DNA from: a virus
Taxonomy: Duplodnaviria; Heunggongvirae; Uroviricota; Caudoviricetes
Direction: 5' to 3' (one strand)
Virus record (IMG/VR): IMGVR_UViG_3300001533_000890
Location: 449 to 64,448 of that record
DNA length: 64,000 nt
The notes under the pieces are model-generated. The model saw only the letters and a list, made by a program, of their open reading frames with translations. It made no database searches and was not told where the DNA came from. The translations under genes were made by a program, and so were the position numbers. This document shows positions 19,072 to 27,705 of the stretch, piece by piece (within the stretch, counting starts at the first letter, position 1; each line of letters opens with the position of its first letter).

Positions 19072-22000
19072 TGTCTGAGCAAATTACCCAACAGCTTGGT
19101 TTTGATGCGTCTAAAGCAATCACTGAGTTAGCGCGTCTGCGGGGTGAGCTGAATAACTTTAAGCAATCTCTCCAAAGCACCGCCGGGCATTTACGAAAGT
19201 TTCCCGGGGCCGCTACCCCGGCTATTCAAACACTGCGACAAATAACTACAGATGCAAGACATGCCGCATCGGCATTACAAACTGTTGGTGCAAATGTTAC
19301 CATAGGTCCCCTCCAGGCATCGAGCCAGGCGGCTGGAAAGGCTATGGGAACCCTGTCAACACAAGCAAAAGCGGCGGGAGGGGCAATACAAACTGCCATC
19401 CCTGCGGGTGCTAAAACTTCTACGGTGGCTTTGCGTGACCTTACAGCTTCTCTAAGAGCGTCCGCGACGGGGGCATCCTCTAGCACGAGAGCCGTCGCAG
19501 GTAATTTGGCTCAAGTAAGCTCTTCGGCGGCAAAAACCGCTAAAAGCGGCAAAGAGCTTGCGGGAGAGTGGACGGCATCTTGGGCAACAATGGCCCGGGT
19601 GGTTCAAACACAGATCATTGTGCGTACACTTGGTTCTGTTATCCGGGCCTTGCAAGAAGGTCGAGAAGAAGCAAAGCAATTTTCACTGGCAATTTCAGAG
19701 GCTTTAACTATCGCGGGCGGTAAGTTAGGAGATGCGGAATCATTATCTTCGGAAGTTCTTGAATTGTCCCGTGCAATGGGAGTGGCTCCCCTTGAAATGA
19801 CTGCTGGTCTGTATCAAACACTATCAAACCAAGTAGTGGATGCCACGGATGCAATGCAGTTTAATGCTGAGGCAACAAAACTTGCTATTACAACCCAGAC
19901 TGAGTTATCAACAGTTGTCAATGCACTGTCATCAGTAGTTAATAGTTACAACCTAAGTGTTGGTGAAACTGATAGAGTTTCTAACGTCCTCTTCAAAACA
20001 ATTGAACATGGGCGACTTCGTTTAGAAGCTTTCGGGGATGTAATTGGTCGGGTGTCGCCATTGACGGCTGCTCTTGGAATTCGCTATGAAGAGATGTCGG
20101 CCGCTATTGCAGCAATTACACAAAAAGGTGTGCCCGCGCACACTGCGATCACACAATTAACACAGATTACTCAGAAACTTTTGCGGCCAACAACTGGTCT
20201 TATGAAGTTATACCGCGAGTGGGGTGTTGAAACCGGGGCCCAGGCAATTCAACGTTTTGGTGGGCTGGCCGGGGTTCTTGTAAAGATGCAAGATGCAACG
20301 GCAGGCAATGATACTGAGTTTGCTAATTTGCTTGGAACAGTCCGCGCTGTTGTGGGTGCTTTGAACCTCGCCGAAGGGGGTGCCGAATCATTACAAGCAA
20401 TCTTAGCCGACATGGATTCGGATATAAGTGCTGCTAACCGTGGCTTTGAAGAAATGGAAAACTCGGCAGGACGCCGTGCTGAACGTGCAATGAATGATTT
20501 GCACGTAACAATGACCGAGTTAGGTAAAACAAGTCTGGCGGTGACAACCCCGATGCTTGAAGCCTTCAATAGCCTTACAAAACAAACTCAACTACTGCAG
20601 GCTGCATTTATTGCGGCAGGGTTTGGGGCGGCACTTTTAACTGTCAAACTAATTACGCTGAAAATAGCAACTCTTGCTGCTGCGAAAGCAGCACTAGTAG
20701 CTACTGCAAGTGTTTCTTGGCCCCTTCTAGTCGCGGCTGCATCAGCCTATGCCACCCTAAAGATTATTGAGATGGGCGAGGAAACGCAGCGCGTTATAGA
20801 TGAGCAGATAGGAGCGGCTGAGGAAGCAGAGAAGAAGCTGGTAGAAGTTTCTGACCAAGCAACAGCCGCACGAATCCGTCATATCAAACAGGAAATGGAT
20901 GAGCGTACGGCAATTACCGCTGCTTATATTAAACAAGCTGCGGATGCCTACAATGAGGATGCTGCAAAGTTTGCAGACCGGAGTAAGGTCATTCAAACTG
21001 TTGCAGAGCAGACAATGACGTCGGCTGAAAACTCGCGAAAGAAGCTGATAAAAAGTATCCAAGATGCTGTCGAAGGAGCCGATGGAGCAATAAAAGCGTC
21101 CACCGAAGCAATCCGAAAGTCCCAAGAAGAGGTGGCAGAAACAGTTTTCCAGCATACTCTTAAGGGTCTTAATGAAGTCCAACAAGCACAAGCGCACCTA
21201 AATCGAGCACTAGGTACGGGTGCGCAGGCGCGCCGTGCTCTTGCCGAGGCGGGCGGTAACGAAGAGGAGATGCGAATAGCCCGCGAGTTGGCCCAGTTAG
21301 CTTTAAAACGAACACAAGAAGCCCGCGCACAAGCTGAGCGAGCAGGTCACCATCGTGCCGCTAGTCAAGCTTTAGAACTTGAACTAACTTTACAGCAACA
21401 AATTCAGGATGCTGAGAGCAGGCATATAAGGGAACGGAAGAAGTTGCAATCAACAACCCACCGGGAAGAACTTCACAATCTTAAAGAACTCCAAGAAGAA
21501 GGTAAACAACTCCAAGAAACATTCAAGGAGCTTGTCAGTCCTGTTACCTCTGAGGGTTTACCCAAGCCAACGGCAACGCTTGAGCAGGATATGGAGCAGG
21601 CTCGTGGTGTCTTTAAAGACTTCCTACAAAATGCGCGTGAGCAAGTTGAAAGCGCAAAGTTGTTTGAGGAAATTATTGATCCAACTGAACTGGGTCGGCT
21701 ATTAGTCGAAACCGGCAAGGCTATGTCACAGGCTCAGATTGATTGGAGTAAAGCCCGCGATGATTTAGCAGCGATGATTAAGAGTCGTGAATACTCAGCA
21801 ACAGTTAAATTAATTCTCGACGATGCTGAACTGCGTACGCAGCTAGAAAAAGTTCTAGGGCCCATTGATGAGTTTACAGCGCCGGGTGCCATCTTCGATC
21901 AAATGGATAAAGAAGCACGTGCCGCCGCAGAGAGTGCGAGCGACCTGGGGATAGCAATTGGAGCGGCGGCCGATAAAGCTAGAGGTGCGGCCGGGGCAAT

Positions 22001-23189
22001 TGGTAAGCTACTGTCCGATCAAACATTCTTGGGACCACTTCGTGAGTCCCTGCGAATGATTGATAATCTAGCCCCTACAAGAACCACAGGTGTGACCGAA
22101 CAGAAACGTGAAGTTGCTCAAGGAATGGTTATTGAGATTGAAAAGTTTAGACTCGCGGCACTTAAAAGTGCCAACGCTCTACAAGAGGCTGCGGACGCAG
22201 GACGTGTATTAACTCAAGAAGAAGAAAAAACAGTTGAGGTGGCGGGCCAAGCTTTAGAGCAGCTTAAAGAACGCAAGCTCTTGAGCGAGGCTCAGGTAAT
22301 CGCTGCTGAGGCTGCTACCTCGCAACTTAAAAGTGGCGTTGAAGCCCTTAAAAACATGCAGGGATTAGAAGTCATTCGTCAGGGCGACGTAGACCGGAGT
22401 GCTAGGCTTGAAGAACGTCTTAACGGTATCCGAGCTGCGGCCGAACTAAACGTGGATGCGGCAAGTCGATTGGGTGACGGTACCGATGAGAATACTCGTA
22501 AGACTCGTCTCCTTGAAGAAACCGCTGAGGAAGCAACGCGACGAATTGAAGAAGGTCGTAAAGCTTTTGAAGATTCAAGTCAAGCCGTGAATCCTTTGAA
22601 TACTAGCTTAAAGGAAACGGCCGCTAATACGGGGGAGATGGCTCAAAAGTTTCCCGGAGTTAGAACAGGTTTGGACCAGGCTAAACAAGGGGCTGATGCC
22701 CTTGCAAACGCCCAAAAAACTGGCGTTGCTCAGACTAACCAGTTGTCATCAAGTGTTGGTGGTATTTCGACGGGGTTATCTCAGGCGGTTACTATGGCAA
22801 ACTCCTTGACCGCCGCGATGAATGCGGCAGCCCAAGCTGCTCAACAAGCTGCGGTAGCATCCAGAGCTGCTGCTGCCACCGGGAGCGCTACAGCAGTTCA
22901 TGGTGGTCGATACTTTGCTACTGGTGGACGTGGTACTGACCAAATTCCTGCGATGCTTTCTCGTGGTGAATTTGTTATGAATGCAAAATCAGCACGTCAA
23001 TTTTTCCCGCAGCTACAAGCCATGAACGCCGGAGTACGGCCCACGTATCGCGACCAAGGTGGTCCGGTTACCAATGTCGGTGACATCAATGTATCCGTCA
23101 ACGGTGGCGAGACTTCACAGAAAACTATTCGAGAAATTGCAACCGGTCTTCGTCGCGAGCTACGAAGGGGTACGATTAAATTGAGTTAG
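19071..23189 (+). CDS. tail tape measure protein
   Basis: 1372 aa, Ala/Gln/Glu-rich and helical, with transmembrane-like segments in the middle, at the typical position. Confidence 0.75.
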   Translation: MSEQITQQLGFDASKAITELARLRGELNNFKQSLQSTAGHLRKFPGAATPAIQTLRQITTDARHAASALQTVGANVTIGPLQASSQAAGKAMGTLSTQAKAAGGAIQTAIPAGAKTSTVALRDLTASLRASATGASSSTRAVAGNLAQVSSSAAKTAKSGKELAGEWTASWATMARVVQTQIIVRTLGSVIRALQEGREEAKQFSLAISEALTIAGGKLGDAESLSSEVLELSRAMGVAPLEMTAGLYQTLSNQVVDATDAMQFNAEATKLAITTQTELSTVVNALSSVVNSYNLSVGETDRVSNVLFKTIEHGRLRLEAFGDVIGRVSPLTAALGIRYEEMSAAIAAITQKGVPAHTAITQLTQITQKLLRPTTGLMKLYREWGVETGAQAIQRFGGLAGVLVKMQDATAGNDTEFANLLGTVRAVVGALNLAEGGAESLQAILADMDSDISAANRGFEEMENSAGRRAERAMNDLHVTMTELGKTSLAVTTPMLEAFNSLTKQTQLLQAAFIAAGFGAALLTVKLITLKIATLAAAKAALVATASVSWPLLVAAASAYATLKIIEMGEETQRVIDEQIGAAEEAEKKLVEVSDQATAARIRHIKQEMDERTAITAAYIKQAADAYNEDAAKFADRSKVIQTVAEQTMTSAENSRKKLIKSIQDAVEGADGAIKASTEAIRKSQEEVAETVFQHTLKGLNEVQQAQAHLNRALGTGAQARRALAEAGGNEEEMRIARELAQLALKRTQEARAQAERAGHHRAASQALELELTLQQQIQDAESRHIRERKKLQSTTHREELHNLKELQEEGKQLQETFKELVSPVTSEGLPKPTATLEQDMEQARGVFKDFLQNAREQVESAKLFEEIIDPTELGRLLVETGKAMSQAQIDWSKARDDLAAMIKSREYSATVKLILDDAELRTQLEKVLGPIDEFTAPGAIFDQMDKEARAAAESASDLGIAIGAAADKARGAAGAIGKLLSDQTFLGPLRESLRMIDNLAPTRTTGVTEQKREVAQGMVIEIEKFRLAALKSANALQEAADAGRVLTQEEEKTVEVAGQALEQLKERKLLSEAQVIAAEAATSQLKSGVEALKNMQGLEVIRQGDVDRSARLEERLNGIRAAAELNVDAASRLGDGTDENTRKTRLLEETAEEATRRIEEGRKAFEDSSQAVNPLNTSLKETAANTGEMAQKFPGVRTGLDQAKQGADALANAQKTGVAQTNQLSSSVGGISTGLSQAVTMANSLTAAMNAAAQAAQQAAVASRAAAATGSATAVHGGRYFATGGRGTDQIPAMLSRGEFVMNAKSARQFFPQLQAMNAGVRPTYRDQGGPVTNVGDINVSVNGGETSQKTIREIATGLRRELRRGTIKLS

Positions 23190-23292
23190 GTTAGTGCCAG
23201 TTAGTCGGGTTTCTGCGGAACCTTGTGGGCTTTCCGCTTACCACCTGGCACTGGTGTTTGTAAGGCAAGGCCCACACTTCAAGGAGAAATTC

Positions 23293-23766
23293 ATGGAACT
23301 AGCACTAAAGGGTTGGCACGTTATTCAGCATGTTCGTGACGGGAAAGTTCTTCAAAGCTTTCGGGTTCCAAATGGAATTGTCGACGAAGGTCTAAATGAC
23401 TTATTGGACACCAACTTCAATGATGGCACTCAAAAGCCAGCCTGGTATATTGGTCTTATTGACAACAGCGGCTATACCGGTGTTGCAAATACCGATACCC
23501 TCACAAGTCACCCGGGCTGGTCAGAGGGTACACCCTACTCTGGTAACCGAAAACTGTGGGATGTTGATGCCCCAACTGGACGGGCTATCGCTAACGGGAC
23601 CCCGGCTGAATTTTCCATTACTTCGACGGCTTCAATTCGAGGGATTATGGTCACGAGTGCAGAAACCGGAACAACAGGTGTGTTATGGTCAACCGCCTTA
23701 TTTAGCTCCCCTGTTTCTGTTGAGAGTGGGGATACTTTGAAGATTACATACACAGTCAGTGGGTAG
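23293..23766 (+). CDS. hypothetical tail protein
   Basis: 157 aa with an AAGGAG ribosome-binding site, followed by a terminator. Confidence 0.4.
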   Translation: MELALKGWHVIQHVRDGKVLQSFRVPNGIVDEGLNDLLDTNFNDGTQKPAWYIGLIDNSGYTGVANTDTLTSHPGWSEGTPYSGNRKLWDVDAPTGRAIANGTPAEFSITSTASIRGIMVTSAETGTTGVLWSTALFSSPVSVESGDTLKITYTVSG

Positions 23767-23775
23767 TCTCTCCCT

Positions 23776-23810
23776 CGGGCCCCGGCGTGAGAGCGTCGGG
23801 GCTCTCTTTT
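23776..23810 (+). terminator. rho-independent terminator
   Basis: GCCCCGgcgtgagagcgtCGGGGC followed by TCTCTTTT. Confidence 0.6.
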
Positions 23811-23820
23811 ACTGGAGAAT

Positions 23821-24873
23821 GTGATGGCATTGCTTTGGATTGACGGTTTCGAGAATTACGGTACGACCGTTAGTACAGGTACTTCTGGTCGACCCGCCCC
23901 GACGGGAGTGGTGAGCCGACGCTACGCCATCGCTGACGACAGTTATCTGCGCATCCAAGATGGACGTTTTGATGGCCGAAGTCTTCGACTTTGGTATTCT
24001 AGTAGCGAGTCATTGCGTACACCTTCAATTACGACGGATACAACAATAGTGGTAGGGGCCGCTATAAAACGAATGGGGGCCGATAACCAGTATATTCACC
24101 GGCTTTTCGACGACGATAATTTAGGCATCAATATCTTGCTCCCAGGTGATTCAACAGACCTTATCGTGCGTAACGGTGCAACGGTGCTTGAACGTATTAG
24201 AGCGGATATTCGTATTAATCGGTGGTATTTCGTCGAATTGAAAGTTGTCGCCCACGCAACGACAGGGTCCTATGAAGTCAGAGTAAACGGTTCGACCGTT
24301 GCAAGTGATTCCGGTCTCGACACCACCGCCTCGGGTGGATTAGGGTACTATGACCAAGTGGGCTTCACAACAGTTAACTTATTAGGGTCAGTTCTTCATC
24401 TTGATGACTTGTATATCTGTGATGGGAGTGGCACGCTAAATACCAGCTTCCTGGGCAACAAACGAGTTGTAACAATTCGGCCCAACGATGACTACGCCGC
24501 TACTTTTACAACTGTTGAGCCATCTGGTGACCACTACGCAACAGTTGATGAAGCTGAATGTGACGATGCTACGAGCTATATTGAAGGCGCTACCGGCGAC
24601 AAGGATCTCTTTGAATATGCCGACTTGCCCGCCGACTTCAACAGTATTACCGGTCTCGAAGTCAACACTCAAGTGCGAGAAACTGATGCTACCAGCTTTG
24701 ATATAATCACCGTCGTCCGGTCGGACGGGACTGAGTATCCGGACAGTGGTCAAGCTGTGGGAGACTCTGACTATACATCCCGGCGACAGCTCCTTGAAAC
24801 CGACCCCGATACATCATCTGCGTGGCTCCGGGCTGACGTGAATGCCGCCCAATTTGGTTTGGAGGCAAGCTAA
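23821..24873 (+). CDS. distal tail protein, paralog A
   Basis: 350 aa. The start MALLWIDGFENYG and an internal block LDDLYICDGSGTLNTSFLGNKRVVTIRPNDD are shared with the next gene. Confidence 0.45.
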   Translation: MMALLWIDGFENYGTTVSTGTSGRPAPTGVVSRRYAIADDSYLRIQDGRFDGRSLRLWYSSSESLRTPSITTDTTIVVGAAIKRMGADNQYIHRLFDDDNLGINILLPGDSTDLIVRNGATVLERIRADIRINRWYFVELKVVAHATTGSYEVRVNGSTVASDSGLDTTASGGLGYYDQVGFTTVNLLGSVLHLDDLYICDGSGTLNTSFLGNKRVVTIRPNDDYAATFTTVEPSGDHYATVDEAECDDATSYIEGATGDKDLFEYADLPADFNSITGLEVNTQVRETDATSFDIITVVRSDGTEYPDSGQAVGDSDYTSRRQLLETDPDTSSAWLRADVNAAQFGLEAS

Positions 24874-25925
24874 TGGCTCTATGTTGGATTGATGGTTTTG
24901 ATGCGTATGGCGCGGCGACAACCGAAGTATGTGATTCGGGTCGACTGGGTATGCGGTACCCCCGCATATCTTACGAAGGAACTTACAATAATGCCCACGT
25001 TGTAGTAGGGCGACAGCTAGGGAATGCCTTGCAGCTATCTCAGTATCTCTCGTACTGTGAAACGCCCCCCTGCACAACTGGGGACACAGTTATTATTGGC
25101 ATTGCAGCAAAGCGTGGGCACACCGATCAGTTTCATATTTGTCGCCTGCGAAACGCCGAAAATAGTAGCTTTTACCTTAGAAGTCCAAACGGTGGTACCG
25201 AACTTGAAGCTTATCGCGGGGCCACACTTTTAGGGACTACCAGCGGGGCAAATATTGATGTAGGAGTCTGGAGGTACATCGAACTAAAAGTCCGGTGGGG
25301 CATAAATGCAGGCACTTTTGAAGTAAAGGTTGACGGTACCACACTACTTGCTGAGACTGGGCAGCAAACTGGAGAGATTGGCGAGTCCTACTACGACCGG
25401 GTGGCTCTTCTATCTGGCTTTCGGCATGGAATGCCGAGTGAACCAAATCCTCAATTTGATGACTTTTATATCTGTGATACCTCTGGAAGTGTAAATACTG
25501 ACTTTCTAGGGGACAGAAAAGTTGTGACATTATTCCCGGCGTCAGACGAAAGCGTCAACTTTGAAACGGTGCTACCGGCAGGGGACCACTACGAGGCGGT
25601 AAATGACCAAGCCTTAGACGACAGCAGCTATGTCGAAAGTAGTGTCGTCGACACAAAGGACATATATGCACTCGATGCGCTGCCACCCAACCTCGGGGAT
25701 CCCAACGGTATCCAGGTAGTCACAACTAGTCGCTCAACAGGTCACACCTTCTATGATCTGGTGCCCACTATTAAAACAAATGGCAGCGAGTTTGATCGAG
25801 ATTCAATCAGAACAAATAGTCAGTATCAGGGCTACAATTATCTGGTTGAAATAAATCCAAGTACCGAACTTCCTTGGACTCTTTCTGACTTAGACAATTT
25901 GCAAGCCGGGCTAAAGGTGGGCTAA
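24873..25925 (+). CDS. distal tail protein, paralog B
   Basis: 350 aa. MALCWIDGFDAYG ... FDDFYICDTSGSVNTDFLGDRKVVTLFPASDE. Tandem duplicate of 23821-24873. Confidence 0.45.
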   Translation: MALCWIDGFDAYGAATTEVCDSGRLGMRYPRISYEGTYNNAHVVVGRQLGNALQLSQYLSYCETPPCTTGDTVIIGIAAKRGHTDQFHICRLRNAENSSFYLRSPNGGTELEAYRGATLLGTTSGANIDVGVWRYIELKVRWGINAGTFEVKVDGTTLLAETGQQTGEIGESYYDRVALLSGFRHGMPSEPNPQFDDFYICDTSGSVNTDFLGDRKVVTLFPASDESVNFETVLPAGDHYEAVNDQALDDSSYVESSVVDTKDIYALDALPPNLGDPNGIQVVTTSRSTGHTFYDLVPTIKTNGSEFDRDSIRTNSQYQGYNYLVEINPSTELPWTLSDLDNLQAGLKVG

Positions 25926-27317
25926 ATGCTTCGAGCTACCCAACAATTTGTAGATGTACTCGGCACCGGCGACGGAAAACTTCGAGCTACCCAACAATTT
26001 GTAGATGTACTTGGCTCCGGCGATGCGGGCGCATTACGAGCTTGTCAGCAATACGTGATGGTTCTTGTGCCGGCGCCTTCTACGTTTCGTCTTGAACTTG
26101 AAAGTATGCTATCATTGTCACAAGATGTGAGGATGATCGACCCGCATTTACGGCTTTATCAAACGCTTTCCCTGGACCACAAGGCCCCGGCCGAGTTTCG
26201 ACTTTCCGCAGACAGCGTTCTCGACTTTAGTGGTATTGCGACCCGTGTTTATCTTGAAGACCTGGTAGACGAGCTTGAATTATTCTCGGCCGAGGCACAA
26301 CTATTGGTGCCGCAGGAACACAGTGTTTTTGGCCATACACTGGAACTCACGCAGACTCTTCATTTTGAAGCCGGTCTATTTATGCTGGTAGTTTCAACGC
26401 TGGCTTTAAATGACTCGCTTGTTTTTCGGGGGCCAGTATCCCGTACAGTTAGAAGTAAGCTACGACTCAATGGGGTTATTCCTTACCAGGATCATTTTGC
26501 CAAAGTAGCTTCGACACTAAACTTTCTCCAGGTGGCAGGCAGGTTTTTTCAAGAAGATGTTAGCAGTTTACTAAGTATTGTTGATGAAGTCTTCCGAACG
26601 CTCACCCCCTCACAATTTCTATCGCTAGTACAGTCAGTTGATTTCCAAAGAATACGCGGTTTACTCGAAAGTCTTTTGCTTAACCAAGAACTTGATTTGT
26701 CGATTATTCGGGCGCGTTTAACCGAACACGACATGGCATTAGGGCATGCAATTCTGATGCAACTGCGTGATATTTGTGATACAAAAGCATACCGACCGCT
26801 TACAAGTGAATCAACGATTCCTAATCAACCTAGCCCACCGCCTGAGACTCTTACTGAGGGGCCCGGCACTCCGGCACCTGCCCGAGTTTTACTGGCCTAC
26901 CCAGAGACGGGGGCCGCGTGCAGCACAGTCGCTCTTAGAGCCCCTAACATGGACAATAAAGATCGACAAAACTTTACCAGGATTAATCGAGAGACGGCCG
27001 GTGGTAAACTTACAGTTTTTGCCGACCCCACGTGGCCGAAAAAACACACTTTATTATTGAGTTTCACCGGGCTAAAAATTCAAGATGTCGAGGAATTGAC
27101 CGAATTTTTACTGGTGAGTTTAGGTAAAAAGATTGCCCTTTATGACTGGGAAGGCCGACACTGGGTGGGAATCATTACAACTCCCGGGGACCAAATTGTC
27201 GAAGACGGGCCACAAGGCTTTACGGCGACATTCGAGTTTCAAGGCGAACAAGTTGAGAGGCCAGGTATGGGGGCATGTTTAAGTTTCAGTCAATCAGTAA
27301 ATGTAACAGTGGAGTAG
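25926..27317 (+). CDS. tail protein with a duplicated N-terminal 17-aa segment
   Basis: 463 aa. LRATQQFVDVLGTGDGK appears twice, encoded by a 51-nt tandem repeat. Confidence 0.45.
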   Translation: MLRATQQFVDVLGTGDGKLRATQQFVDVLGSGDAGALRACQQYVMVLVPAPSTFRLELESMLSLSQDVRMIDPHLRLYQTLSLDHKAPAEFRLSADSVLDFSGIATRVYLEDLVDELELFSAEAQLLVPQEHSVFGHTLELTQTLHFEAGLFMLVVSTLALNDSLVFRGPVSRTVRSKLRLNGVIPYQDHFAKVASTLNFLQVAGRFFQEDVSSLLSIVDEVFRTLTPSQFLSLVQSVDFQRIRGLLESLLLNQELDLSIIRARLTEHDMALGHAILMQLRDICDTKAYRPLTSESTIPNQPSPPPETLTEGPGTPAPARVLLAYPETGAACSTVALRAPNMDNKDRQNFTRINRETAGGKLTVFADPTWPKKHTLLLSFTGLKIQDVEELTEFLLVSLGKKIALYDWEGRHWVGIITTPGDQIVEDGPQGFTATFEFQGEQVERPGMGACLSFSQSVNVTVE

Positions 27318-27321
27318 TATC

Positions 27322-27705
27322 ATGTTCCTAATGTCCGCCCCGTACCCAGGAATCCAAACTGCTATTATTTTACCATCTCCGAGGTGGGGTGACTCCACAA
27401 AACTTACAGCTACATTGCAGCTAAGCTACGGAATGGACGGGACCCCTTATACATACGTTAAGTCAAGAGGGGGTCGTAAGAAATACCAATGGGATTTTCG
27501 GCTTGCACGTCATAAGGCCCTGGAATTACGAGCTTTCATCGCCGCCTATCACGCTTCAACCCTCCGAATTATAGATCACCGAGATCGGATCTATACTGGG
27601 GTTCTAGTGGTCAACCCTTTTGAGTATACCGGTAGTGGTCGGGCACGAGGTTTTCCGGGCGGTGAGACAATGGATATTACATTAGAACTTGAAGAGACAG
27701 CCTAA
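27322..27705 (+). CDS. small tail-module protein
   Basis: 127 aa, ATGA overlap into the next large gene. Confidence 0.4.
   Translation: MFLMSAPYPGIQTAIILPSPRWGDSTKLTATLQLSYGMDGTPYTYVKSRGGRKKYQWDFRLARHKALELRAFIAAYHASTLRIIDHRDRIYTGVLVVNPFEYTGSGRARGFPGGETMDITLELEETA

Noticed and set aside
19226-21718. Numerous reverse-strand ORFs inside the tape measure gene, plus similar antisense ORFs inside other large genes (e.g. 1441-1689, 29945-30253, 35015-35293)
   Set aside because: These are embedded antisense to long, well-supported genes. Their compositions mirror the sense strand, for example a Ser-rich frame opposite an acidic stretch. There are no ribosome-binding sites, so they are not reported as genes.
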